Source: Malacoraja senta
Lineage: Eukaryota
DNA: 64,000 nucleotides
Direction of reading: 5' to 3'
Assembly (NCBI GenBank): GCA_038087875.1
Contig: CM075995.1
Coordinates: 11,038,001 to 11,102,000 of the forward strand
Shown piece after piece: positions 11,971 to 23,289 of this stretch (within the stretch, counting starts at the first letter, position 1; every line of letters starts with the position of its first letter). A program made the position numbers and the translations under genes. Under the pieces are notes generated by a model that worked only from the letters and a program-made list of their open reading frames with translations, did no database searches and had not been told where the DNA came from.

Positions 11971-13230
11971 TATTGGTGTTTCTTTTGTTTCCTGATGTTT
12001 TTGTAGGTTTTGCTTGTCTGACGTGCTGGCGAAGTTGGGGGGTGGCGCATTTTCCATGGGGTCCGCTGTGGGCCCTGATCTAAAAAAGATCTTTGGGGAT
12101 AAAATGCGGTCCCCGAGCTTTCACCAGTCCCATATTGAGGACGTCGACTGGTGGATGCCATGGGGTGCTGCCGCTTGGGTATTGTAGCTCTTGGTTTACT
12201 CGTCCCAGGGCCTGCCCTCATGAGGCCGAAAGATGTCGCTGCTTCCTCCATGTCCCTCAGTTTTTTGTTGAGGTCTTTCCCAAATAACAGAGCGTCCGTC
12301 TCTGCAGCCGGGGCTCTGCACAACCCAGCAAATTTGGGATTGAGGGCAGGTCTTATGTTTCCCCGCCGGAGATTGTGTATCTCAAATTGTGTTGCACATC
12401 AGTGCCAGCACATCCTGCTGGCATGTATTCATCTCCGTACTTTGAACAGAACGAGCAAAGGCTGTAATGGCCGACGTCAGGAGCCTTAGGATCCGCTGTA
12501 GCTTGATTTCATGGTTACACATGTTTGACCCCCCGTGACCCCAGATCTGGCTGTTCACAGTCTTCACTCTGAGGCCTCACAGTTCTCTGGTGCTGTGTAA
12601 AATTCAAGCGCCTCAAGAAGTACCTTCTCCTGCAAGGGCTTATTTGACAGATGATTGATGCTGGCCGCCATTTTTGGTTCCAGCGGTCTTCCAGCACGTG
12701 GGGTTGCTACATAGCGGTCCATGACACCCAGCAGCTCTTCCTGCTCCTGCACCCCTTGCATACTGCCGAATTCTTCCGCCAGCCCCTGTTCCAGACCAGC
12801 CCAACCCTGGTCACCAATGCTGGCCTCCAGTCATGAGGGAGCAGAGGGCAGTGCACAAGACACTGTGGAGGAGGTGCCTGACCTACCTCCGTGAGAACGC
12901 TCCTTCTGCGTAGCTCGCTGGAGCATCTGCTCCAAGAGCTGTTGTAAACTCTGGCGGCTGTCTCTCCTCCGTGTAGGTGGAGACATGTCCCCATCCGATG
13001 AATCAGACATTACCGGCCGGTTGCTCTCATGGCTTTGCTCCCTGTCCGCTGTGCAGGCATTAGTGGGACTGGGCTCGGCTCGGTCTCGGGGATAGCGGAG
13101 CGCTCTATGAGCGGTCCTGCCGCCTGTTGCTGCACCCCTGAGATTAAACGCTCCTCTGGTGGAGTTGAGCTGGGGCAGTTCTGTTGGAGAGTCTTCTCGT
13201 GAGTGTACTTACTTGCTAAGAACACCCACA
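11970..13230 (-). pseudogene. DIRS gag-like ORF1
   Basis: PENC...VNSQIW...KLQRI...LLFGKDL fragments upstream of RT, paralleled in copy 1. Confidence 0.7.
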
Positions 13231-13452
13231 CTCTCTTTCTCCGTTAAACTAGTTGAATATACTCACCCAACGGTCCGTTTAAAAAAAAAATGCAGCCGGA
13301 GCGCCTTCCTCCAGCTGCCGCCGCTGTTGCACTGCTGGCGTAATGCCGCGCCTGCGCACTGAGCGGGTTCTTCACGTAGTCACTCACGTGACTCCGAAGT
13401 AAAATTAGTGATTTCTGAGTCCAATTAAAAAAAAAACTTCTTTGGTAGGTAT

Positions 13453-13656
13453 TGTAAAGAATTCATAACGAGGCATCGTTACTTTACTATCTTTATTCAT
13501 ACTGGAGCATTACACATTGCACTAGCTGTACGTGGTCTGTCACAGGAACTAGAGAGCGATCTGTGGGTGGGGAGGTTGTAGATATACTTGTGATATGGGG
13601 AGTGGTTAGTAGGTATGAGGTCACTATGTTAAAGGCACATGCATATCTCATCTACA
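13453..13656 (-). repeat. Gypsy 3' LTR (204 bp)
   Basis: TG...CA ends, adjacent PPT GAAGAGGAAAGA; the last 29 bp are identical to 17321-17349. Confidence 0.92.
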
Positions 13657-13725
13657 TCTTTCCTCTTCGAAACGACAGGCAAATACAATGGTGACATGGC
13701 GACCACGGCTCATGCGCTAGGATAG

Positions 13726-14760
13726 TTAAACAAAATCGCCATAGCGGTCAGGCGGTTTGACAAGACGTCCCGCCCGGGTTCGCGTCTCGCCATCCACCCT
13801 TCCTGCAGGAGGAAGAGGCACCGGCGGGGAAAGACGAACCTGAAAGGGAGAAACGGGAGGAGACGGAGGAGACCGCGGCACTGAACCCGGAGGGGATGCG
13901 AGGTCGGGACCGGGAAGAGCGCGGGCAGGCGAGCGAGGACTAGTCGGAGTGGGGTGGAACGGAAGGGGCTGAGGAGGAGCAGAACGTTGCATGTCAGGAA
14001 GGACGGGCAGAGCAACGCCCTGACGCGAAACAGGCAGTGGGGGAGCAAAGGGATCCGCGGCAGGAGGACGCGGCTCATTGACGAGCCGAAGGTGCTGGCG
14101 GGACCGTCGGTAAATGGCTCCAGCGTGGTCGACGAGATAGGACCTGGGCGACCCCGCAGAGCCGACGACAGTAGCGAGCTTGGAGTGACCGGGAGCGGTC
14201 TGCATACGGACAACTTGACCGGGGAAGAGGCGCGGCAGCGGGTGGCAGGACCTGTCATGGGAACGCTGTTGGACGTCGTGCCTGAAGGCAATGCGTTTCT
14301 GAACCGCCGCAGGTGGGAGGATGGAGGGTATGAGGGAGCACTGGGCCACAGGGAGCGGGAGTCTGGTAGCGCGAGACATGAGCCGCTGAGCAGGTGAACC
14401 CATGACATAGTCGCGGGAAATGTTCCGAAGGTTGAGGAGGGCCAGATGGAAGTCGGAGTTAATGCCACCACACTGTTCCAACAGGTGCTTCGCGCTGCGG
14501 ACTGCGCGCTCGGCCAGACCGTTGCTTTGCGGGTACTCCGGGCTGCTGGTGAAATGGCGGAAGTTCCATCTGGAAGCGAACGCTTTAAACTCGGAGCTCG
14601 TGAACTGGCTGCCATTGTCCGACTGCAGGCTTGCCGGGGGGCCAAAAGTGCCAAAATGAGGGTACAACCTATCGATGACGGTCGACCACAAACCAGCTGG
14701 AGTAGGAGTCAACGAGAACCAGGAAATGTTTGCCCCGCCACTCGAAAATGTCAGCGGCAA
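13726..14760 (-). pseudogene. pol: Gypsy integrase core and C-terminus (frameshifted from the upstream pol)
   Basis: SDNGSQF, SSPEYPQSNGLAERAV, YRRSRQHL, TRAGRLVKPPDRY. Confidence 0.9.
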
Positions 14761-17344
14761 GCGCCATCCAGGGCAGTTCGGGCGCGGGCTGCTGTAGAAG
14801 CGGCTGACGCTGCTGATGGGGGGCGAGGCTGTTGCAGGTGGAACACGAGGAGACCCTCACCCGGATGTATTTGGCCATATCCGGCCAATAGAACTGGCTC
14901 CTGGCGAGAGACACGGTGGCTTCGGCCCCAGGATGACCGCGGTGTGCGACTTGAAAATAGTGGTCGTGCAGCGCCGCGGGCACGACCACTTTGAGACCCT
15001 TCACCACCACGCCGTCGTGCAGTACGAGCTCGTCCCGAATCAGGAAGTAGGGCACGGCACCAGCCGGCAGTGCCGAACGACGGTCAGGCCAGCCCTGCCG
15101 GATGACGGCAGACAGATGTTGCAGGGCAGGGTCATTGGTAGTGTGTTCAACCAGGGACTTCATCTGCTGTGAGGGGACGATGTTCAATCGTAGCACCAAT
15201 AACTCAGACATTTCATATTGGTGGCGAGCGGTGGACGTCAGTGGGGCGCGAGACAACGTGTCGGCCACGAACATGTCCTTGCCCTTACGATAAACCACCG
15301 TGAACGTGAAGCGCTGGAGCTGCAGCATCATGCGCTGCAGGCGTGATGAGGCCACATGGATCGACTTGTTGAGGATGGTGACAAGTGGCTGATGGTCAGT
15401 TTCAACGGTGAAAGTGTTGCCCACGATGTAGTCCCGGAATTTGGAGCAGGCAAACACCACGGCCAGTAGCTCCTTCTCAATCTGCGCGTAGTGCTGTTCG
15501 GTGGCGGTCATGGTGCGGGACGCGAAGGAGACAGGCAGCTGCAGGCCGTCATGGACCTGGAGACAGGCGGCACCGAGTCCGAACTGAGAGGCGTCGCAGG
15601 TGAGGACAATGGGACGCTGCAGGTCAAAGAACTTGAGCGTGGGGGTGCTGATCAGCTTAGACTTAAGAATGTCAAATGCCTTCTGATGGTTGGGTAACCA
15701 AAGCCAGGACGTGTCCTTTTTGATCAGATCCCTCAGGGGAGCGCTGAGCTCGCTGAGGTCGGGGATGAACTTCCCCAGGTAGTTTACCAAGCCGAGGAAG
15801 CGTTGCAGGCCTGCCACATTGGTAGGAGGGGGCATCCCTGAGATGGCAGCCGTTTTCTGCGGGTCTGGCTTTAATCCCTCAGCGGTGAATACATGTCCAA
15901 CATAGGTGACCTCCGAGACGCGGAATCGGCACTTCTTGGGGTTCAGTTTCAAGTTGATTTGCCGGGCCCGGTCCAGGACCTGGCGGAGGTTGACATCGTG
16001 TTCGGCAACGTCCTTACCGTAAACGAGGATGTCGTCAACAATTATGGCGCAAGATAGACCTAAAAACAACTGCTCCATTGTCCGCTGAAATACCTCGCTG
16101 GCAGAGTTGATCCCGAATGGCATTCGGAGGAACCGAAACCTTCCGTAGGGGGTGGCGAAAGTTGTCAAAATGGACGACCGCTCGTCCAGTGGTATCTGCC
16201 AGAAGGAGCTTTTGGCATCGAGGACAGAAAAAACCGTTGCTGGACCAACCTGTGCAGCGACGTCTTCCACCGTTCTCATAGGGTAGTGAGGGCGTCGAAT
16301 GGCCAGGTTGAGGTCTTTGGGGTTGATGCAGATGCGTATCTCGCTCATGTCCTTTTTAGCAGCAACAACCATGGAAGAGACCCAGCTGGTGGGCTCGACG
16401 ACCGCCTTTAGGACGCCCATTTGTACCATACTGTGTAGGGTCGCCTCCACTCTGTCCCTCATGGCGAAGGAGACACGGTGAGGAGCATGGACCACAGGAA
16501 CGATCTTATGGTCCCCTACAATCTTGTAGCTGCAAGGTAGTTTGCCTAGCTTATCATCAAAGCGGTCGGGATAATCGGCCAGCGGGTCCATAAGAGTCTG
16601 CACCTGGTGGATGTCCCGGTGGAAGTACACCAGTCCCATTTCCTGGCATGCCTGGATCCCCAGCAGGGGAATGCATTTTCGATTGAGGAGATAGAAGGTG
16701 AGGGGCCGAGAGGTCTCTAGTATCTTACAGCGTAGCGTGGCCTTGCCCACAGGAGTAAGAATCTCCCCACCGTAGGCATGCAAGGTTGAGCTCTGGGAAA
16801 AGATCTGCTCATTAGTTCTTATCTGGTTGAAAAGGGATGTTGACATTACGTTGGTCACTGCCCCCGTGTCGATCTTAGCAGTGAAGGTCGAGTTGTTCAC
16901 AGTGACTTGCACAGAAGGATCCGTTATCATAGCAGGTGCGTCCAACACGGTAAACAAGTTGGTCTCCCCCTGAGAGGAGTCAGATGCAGAAACAGAATGT
17001 TCATCGGAATAGCACTGGGAGCTGAGCTCATTGTCAGCTTGTAGAAGGTTGTTTAAATTTCCCCTTCGAGCAGCGACAGGCTTCCCACGGGAACGACAAG
17101 CCGCAGCAAAATGGTTCAATTTTTTGCAGGCATTACACGTTTTTCCCAAAGCAGGGCACACATTGAATTGATGAGTTGTGAAGTTGCAATTAGGGCACCT
17201 TTGCCGGGTACCTCCCCCTGTAGCAGCACCGAACCCCGGGGCGCGTCCCCCTCGAGCAGCGAGCGACCCTGGGGGTCGCGACTGGGGTGTGTTCATGAGA
17301 TGACTGGGAGTGCTGGCAAAGTTAAAGGCACATGCATATCTCAT
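14669..17344 (-). CDS. pol: Gypsy truncated gag (two CCHC knuckles) - protease - RT - RNase H - integrase zinc finger, 891 aa
   Basis: CPNC..H..C and CNAC..H..C, KIDTGA, LDAKSSFWQ, RMPFG, IVDD, CDASQFGLG, YAQIEKE, TDHQPL, HHCC. Confidence 0.9.
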   Translation of the reverse strand: MRYACAFNFASTPSHLMNTPQSRPPGSLAARGGRAPGFGAATGGGTRQRCPNCNFTTHQFNVCPALGKTCNACKKLNHFAAACRSRGKPVAARRGNLNNLLQADNELSSQCYSDEHSVSASDSSQGETNLFTVLDAPAMITDPSVQVTVNNSTFTAKIDTGAVTNVMSTSLFNQIRTNEQIFSQSSTLHAYGGEILTPVGKATLRCKILETSRPLTFYLLNRKCIPLLGIQACQEMGLVYFHRDIHQVQTLMDPLADYPDRFDDKLGKLPCSYKIVGDHKIVPVVHAPHRVSFAMRDRVEATLHSMVQMGVLKAVVEPTSWVSSMVVAAKKDMSEIRICINPKDLNLAIRRPHYPMRTVEDVAAQVGPATVFSVLDAKSSFWQIPLDERSSILTTFATPYGRFRFLRMPFGINSASEVFQRTMEQLFLGLSCAIIVDDILVYGKDVAEHDVNLRQVLDRARQINLKLNPKKCRFRVSEVTYVGHVFTAEGLKPDPQKTAAISGMPPPTNVAGLQRFLGLVNYLGKFIPDLSELSAPLRDLIKKDTSWLWLPNHQKAFDILKSKLISTPTLKFFDLQRPIVLTCDASQFGLGAACLQVHDGLQLPVSFASRTMTATEQHYAQIEKELLAVVFACSKFRDYIVGNTFTVETDHQPLVTILNKSIHVASSRLQRMMLQLQRFTFTVVYRKGKDMFVADTLSRAPLTSTARHQYEMSELLVLRLNIVPSQQMKSLVEHTTNDPALQHLSAVIRQGWPDRRSALPAGAVPYFLIRDELVLHDGVVVKGLKVVVPAALHDHYFQVAHRGHPGAEATVSLARSQFYWPDMAKYIRVRVSSCSTCNSLAPHQQRQPLLQQPAPELPWMALAADIFEWRGKHFLVLVDSYSSWFVVDRHR

Positions 17345-17349
17345 CTACA

Positions 17350-18706
17350 GGTATATAGGAATCGATTGAAATAGGTATAAAATGTGTGGTAGAAAGATCA
17401 TTTTTATTGCATTTATTCGGCCTATTAAAGACATCGGGAGCGTTTTCCAAAATTTAATTAGTGCGTTTAATTTATTAAGTAGAGGATCAAAATTTGCTTT
17501 AAACATACCTTGATATGTTCTAGTAATTTCGATTCCCAAGTATTTAAATTTTTCTGTAGCTATTTTAAAAGGGAATTTTAAAAGATGTGTTGAGTCTTTC
17601 GGTTTTATTGACATAATTTCTCTTTTATTCCAATTTATTCTGTATCCAGAAAAAGATCCAAAGTCTTCAATTAAATTTAATATATTTGGTATAGTGATTT
17701 GAGGTTTTGTAATGTACAGTAATATATCATCCGCGTATAAAGATATTTTATTATTTGAATATTTAGTATTATACCCATAGATATGAGGATGTATTCTAAT
17801 TTTTTTTGCTAACGGTTCAATAATAAGAGCAAACAACTGTGGTGATAATGAGCATCCTTGTCTATTTCCCCTTGATAGTTGAAATTTCGAGGATAATATG
17901 TTATTAGTTAATATTCTAGCTGTAGGTTTATTATATAATAATTTAACCCATAGAATAAAATTCTCTCCCAGTTGGAATTTTTGTAATACTTTATCCATAT
18001 AATTCCATTCTACTTGGTCAAATGCTTTTTCAGCGTCCAGCGAAATAATTGATAATTCTTGTTCTTCAGATTTATGTGAGAGCATTATGTTGAGTAAACG
18101 TCTCATATTGTTAGATGAATATCTCTTAGGGATAAACCCCGTCTGATCTGGGTTTATTAGTTTACTAATATATTTACTTAATCTTCTAGCTAATGTTTTC
18201 GCTAATATTTTTTTATCTGTGTTTAACAATACTATAGCTCTATATGAACCCGGTTCTTCTATATCTTTGTCTTTCTTAAGTATTCGTGTAATCGTTAATT
18301 CCGCTAATGTATCAGGTAGTATTTGTTTTTTAAAAGCATATTGGTACATTTTTTGTAATCTTGGTATAATTTTGTCATAGAAGCTTTTATAAAATTCATT
18401 AGTAAATCCATTAGGACCTGGTGTTTTTCCATTCTTTAGTGAGTTTATTGTATCTTCTAGTTCCTTAATTGAGATTTGTGCTCCCAATTCCTCTTGTTCC
18501 TTTAACTCTAACTTTGGAAGATTACAATTATCCAAAAACTCTGTAATTTTATTGGAGTCAGTTATCGTTTTAGATGTATACAAATTCTCATAAAATTGCG
18601 CAAATCTTTCATTAATATCCTTCGGTATGGTTAATAATTCCCCTCTATCTGATTTAATCTTTGGGATCGTATGTTCTTTTTCTCGTTTTTTTAGCTGGCG
18701 AGCCAA
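17350..18706 (-). pseudogene. L1 ORF2 reverse transcriptase domain
   Basis: KTPGPNGF, DQTGFI, SLDAEKAFD, GNRQGCSLSP, LYADD. Confidence 0.95.
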
Positions 18707-18796
18707 AAGTTTATGCGGTTTATCCCCAAATTCAAAGTGCTCTTGTTTTGTAATTTGAAAAAGTCTTATCAGTTTGGCTGATAATAGTTTATTTAA

Positions 18797-19858
18797 TTAA
18801 AATTTCAAAATTATTATTTTATTATGTTTATCTATTGATGGATCTTTAGCATTATCTATATCCATGTGTCTAATAAGTTTCTCTAACTGTTTTTGTTCAT
18901 TATTATTCTTTTTATTTTGAAAAGCTTGATATGAAATTATAATACCTCTAATGTATGCTTTAAAAGATTCCCATAATACAGTAGGCGATATGTCTGGAGT
19001 GTCATTTATTTCAAAAAAGTCATCCGTTTGTTCTTTTAAATATATACTCGCTTGTGGATCTTTTAGGATGTGAGAATTAAATCTCCAGAACGGTTTATTC
19101 TTAGACATTCCTTCCAGTTTAAAAAAGAAAGTTAGTGGTGAATGGTCTGAAATCGAATTTGTATGGTATGTTGGGTTAAAAGTATGAGGGATAAATTTTG
19201 TGTCCACCAGGAAATAATCTATACGTGAGTATGTTTTGTGTACCATTGAATAAAACGAGTATTCCCTGCCAGTTGGATTAACAATTCTCCAAACATCTGC
19301 TATATTAGTATTGTTTATATAAGTATTAAGAAGTTCACCGGTTTTAGATTTCGTATTCCCTCTCTGTTTTTGGCTTGATTTATCTAAATACGGATCTAAA
19401 ACACAGTTAAAGTCTCCTCCTATTATAACATTTTGATAGTTAGACTCTGCGATTATGTTCAGAATTTTATTGAAAAAATGAGGGTTGTCAAAGTTAGGCG
19501 CATATATATTTACCAAGGTAATTGGAGTATCATGAATTTCTCCATTAACTATTAAGTATCTCCCTTCGATGTATGTTATGGTATTCTTTGCTTTAAATGG
19601 TATACCTTTTCTTATAATGATTGACATACCTCTAGATTTCGAAGTAAATGAAGAATGGTATGTTTGACCTATCCATTTCGCCCTCAACCTAGCTTGATCA
19701 TGAGATTTTAGATGAGTTTCTTGTGAGAAGATAATGTCAGAGTTGTAGAGTTTCAGCTGAGCTAGTATCTTACACCTTTTAATAGGTTCGTTAATACCTC
19801 TTATATTCCAACTACAGAATGAGACTCCTCCTAGGTTCTTTTGCTTAGCATCTTGCAT
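18797..19858 (-). pseudogene. L1 ORF2 apurinic-like endonuclease domain
   Basis: SWNIRG, QETH, NIYAPN, GGDFN, SRIDY, SDH; frameshift near 18797. Confidence 0.95.
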
Positions 19859-20014
19859 TTTGATTAATTATAGTACCTTTAAATCTTGTGGTGCATCCAT
19901 ATCCCAGGTCTTTGGGTATTGGGGGAATTTTAAGAGTACAGTATAAAGATTCTGTACTCTTAAAATTTCTCCTTTAAATGTCCTCCATTTCTCTTGTACA
20001 TCCTTCCCATAAAA

Positions 20015-20615
20015 GGGCTCTGTAGAACTGCAGGACCTCTTTGCTCCTAAACTCGACTCCTCTTGTTATAAAGGCCAACATGCCATTCGCTTTCTTCACT
20101 GCCTGCTGTACCTGCATGCTTACTTTCAAAGACTGATGAACAAGGACACCCGGATCCCGCTGTACTTCCCCTTTTCCCAACTTGACGCCATTTAGATAGT
20201 AATCTGCCTTCCTGTTTTTGCTACCAAAGTGGATAACCTCACATTTCTCCACATTAAACGTCACCTGCCATGCATCCGCCCACTCCCCCAACCTGTCCAA
20301 GTCACCCTGCATTCTCATAGCATCCTCCTCACAGTTCACACTGCCACCCAGTTTTGTGTCATCTGCAAATTTGCTCATTTTACTTTGAATCCCTTCATGC
20401 AAATCATTGATGTATATTGTAAATAGCTGCGGTCCCAGCACCGAGCCTTGCGGTACCCCACTAGTCACTGCCTGCCATTCTGAAAGGGACCTATTAATCC
20501 CCACTCTCTGTTTCCTATCTGACAACCAATTTTCTATCCATGTCAGCACTCCTCACCCAATACCATGTGCCCTGATTTTGCCCACTAATCTCCTATGTGG
20601 GACTTTATCAAATGC
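20015..20615 (-). mobile_element. CR1 RT fragment
   Basis: SGVPQGSVLGP, KFADDTKLG; abuts the short resumed family-B piece at 19943-20014. Confidence 0.9.
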
Positions 20616-21453
20616 TAGTTCTCAATCATGTGATTCACCTTCGAGAGGAAATAGCGCTGTTCTTGGAGAGAGGGAGAGAAGGTGTACCGAGAAGGAGAAT
20701 CAGCTTCATGAAAAGATGCAGGATGAACTGTTCGTAATGAAGGTTGCTAACTTGGCTCTCTTCTTCGCCGAGGTGAATTCCTTTAACCTCCCAATGTTAC
20801 ACTCGTCTCATGACAAAGTGGCAGCGTTCAAAAGGAAGATTACCAGAGAAGAGTCCAGGACGGTGACACGACTATCTTCCCTGAGGTGACGACTCTCCAG
20901 ATACTGAATGCCACTTCCATGAGGAGATATCAACCCACCTTCTGGCAATTGGTGAAGCCATCGAACGTTACTTCCCTGGACTGGACGACAGCTCTCTTGA
21001 TCAGTGGATCATCCCACCATTTTCTGTTGAAGACGGTGCCATCAGCGATACTGACGTGGCTGCAAAGGTTCAATTTTACCGAATTCGTGAAGAAGCACAG
21101 CTCAAGAGTAACTTCATGGAACACGTTTTGGCTGAAAGTGAAGGACTGTCCTGTTCTTTCGAAGAGGGCCCTGGCCCTATTGGTCCAGTCCCCCTCAACC
21201 TATCGCTGTGAAGCTGGATTCTCAACCATGGTAACTCTGAAAACGAAGGCGCGCAATCGGCTTGTGATCGACGCTGACATGAGGTGCTGCCTGACGGCTG
21301 CGAAGCAATTTCAGCCATCCCATTGACTGAGTATTGGCAAACATGTTTTAATAAATCGGGCTGTTTCTTTCTTTCAATTTTTGTTTCGGGGGTCACAGTA
21401 TTGACCAAGAATGTCTGATGGGGTCGTGGGGCCAAAAAGGTTAAGAACCACTG
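20616..21453 (+). mobile_element. hAT (Buster/Charlie-type) DNA transposon 3' remnant
   Basis: FW...P.LSKRAL...STYRCEAGFS...K.K.RNRL...QPSH dimerisation domain; end ...AGGTTAAGAACCACTG followed by AACTAGAG (nnnTAnnn target). Confidence 0.85.
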
Positions 21454-21459
21454 AACTAG

Positions 21460-22980
21460 AGGGAGTGTTCACGGGCACCTTTAATCTCTTACTACTCCGT
21501 CCTGAGGTACCTACCTGCTTCAAAAAAACTACTATTATTCCGATACCGATAAAAACAAGACCTCGTGCCTCTAAGGCTAGTGTGCATTGACCTTAACATC
21601 CACCTTTATGACATAATTCGAGAGGCTGATTATGGAACGCATTAAATCCAGCTGACCAACTAACATTCATCCACTGCAGTTCTCCGACCGCCACAACAGA
21701 TCCGAGGCTGATGCCATCTCCCTGACACTAAACCTGGATAAGAGAGAAATCCACGCCAGCCATCTAGAGCCCTATTTTCAATACCATTATCCAATCATAA
21801 CTCATCTCAACGCCCAACACCCAACTCTGTAACTGGATCCTCGACTTCCCGACCAACAGACCACAATCAATGATGATAGGTGACAAATCATTATCTATCA
21901 ACAATAGAGCCCGGAAGGATGCGTTCTCTGCCCCATTCTTCACTCCTTACACACCCACCACTGTGGAGCCAAATACGAATCTAAATCCATGCACAAATTC
22001 GCAGATGACACCACCGCAGTGGGCCTGGTATCAAACAGTGAGAAGGCCGAGTGCAGGAAGAATATTGAGAACCACTTAACCTGTTGCCGAGACAACAACC
22101 TTTCCCTTAATGTGCGCAAGAACAATTATATTTTGATCAGAAAGCGGCCGGAGTCATGCAGAACGTGTGAAGGAAAGGAGGTAACCACACAGATTGTGCA
22201 GGAAGTAACGGCAGATGCTGCTTTAAACGGAAGATAGACATCAAATGTTGGAGTAACTCAGCGGCTCAGGCAGCATCTCTGGAGAGAAGGAATGGGTGAC
22301 GTTTCTGGTTGAGACCCTTCTTCAGTCACATACCCCGGTATACATCGACGGCGCCGAAGTAAGGATGGTTGAAAGCTTCAAGTTCTTTGCCATAAATATC
22401 ACCAGCAATCTGTTTTGTACCCGTCATATCGCATCAATGGGCAAAATAGCACACAGACACCTTTACTTCCTTCGAAGGCTTAGGAAGTTGGGCGTATCCA
22501 CAAAAACTCTCACCAACATCAACAGATGTGCCGTAGAAAGCAATTTATCGGGATGCATCACAGCATGGTCGAGGATCAGCTCCATCCAAGACCGCTAGAC
22601 GTTGCAGAGAGTTGTGGACGTAGGCCAGATCTTTACGGAAACCAGCCTCCCGTCCATTTCACGCTGCCTCGACACTCCACACTGCCTCGACAAGCTAAAA
22701 CATGTTTGGAAACGCATAGTTCCAGATTGAGGGACAGTTTCAGGCAGCTGAACCATCTCATCAATAACTAGAGAGCGGTCCTGATCTACCATCTGCCTCA
22801 AATTGGGGACCTTCGGACCTACTTTAAGCGGGCTTTACCTTGCACTAAAGTAATTCCCTCGGTTCTGTATATGTACTCTGTGGACGGCATGATTGTAATC
22901 ATGTATATTATTTTCGATGACATCAGTACACGGGAATTTAATAAACTAAACTAAATTAAATTAATCTAAACTAAACTGTT
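21460..22980 (+). mobile_element. Rex1/Babar LINE, degenerate
   Basis: KFADDTTAVGL, DNNLSLNV, VESFKF, HLYFLRRLRK; (AAACT)n-like tail. Confidence 0.8.
22160..22328 (-). mobile_element. Old Penelope-like terminal fragment with degenerate hammerhead motif
   Basis: The reverse complement reads CTGAAGAAGGGTCTCAACCAGAAACGTCACC...GATGCTGCC...GCTGAGTTACTCC, homologous to 58397-58480. Confidence 0.7.
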
Positions 22981-23289
22981 TCCCAGGCTCCAGTGTGGAG
23001 GCAGGCTGAGATGCAGGTGTCCCCGTCAAATGTTTGTTCAGTTATGTTTAACAATTTAGTATGAAGCAGAGGAGAGGGCGAGCGCTCTTATGTTTTACCG
23101 ATTTCACCGAACTGTCCATACAGTTTGAAAATTACAATAAATGAGCACTTCGTAAATCTCTGCAATTGGCTGCTCACTGTGGTGAACGAAGCCAAATAAT
23201 TCGATACATTGAAACGGCAGATCAATAAATATTTAAAAGATCGATAAATTGAGTGTGATGGGGAACTGGTACAGGAGAGGGTTTGAGGC

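Larger units (their letters stand above)
8641..13405 (-). mobile_element. DIRS1-like retrotransposon copy 2, structurally full-length with disrupted ORFs
   Basis: ITRs, internal complementary region, gag, RT/RNase H/methyltransferase-like domain and tyrosine recombinase; AAAAT at both ends. Confidence 0.95.
13453..17349 (-). mobile_element. Ty3/Gypsy LTR retrotransposon with deleted 5' region
   Basis: 5-bp TSD GGTAT (13448-13452 / 17350-17354), complete 3' LTR, polypurine tract at 13657-13668, 29-bp 5' LTR stub at 17321-17349. Confidence 0.95.
7005..19942 (-). mobile_element. L1-clade LINE, 5'-truncated just upstream of ORF2, split by DIRS and Gypsy insertions
   Basis: L1 segments 7005-8645, 13401-13452 and 17350-19942; A-rich tail; 9-bp TSD ATAAAGATT (6996-7004 / 19943-19951). 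Confidence 0.92.

Noticed and set aside
13710..14654. 314-aa alternative-frame ORF and antisense ORFs over the Gypsy integrase
   Set aside because: GC-rich shadow frames with no recognisable motifs
20616..21326. Domesticated ZBED/SCAND-like host gene
   Set aside because: Fragmentary and frameshifted, and it retains a transposon end, so it is a hAT relic
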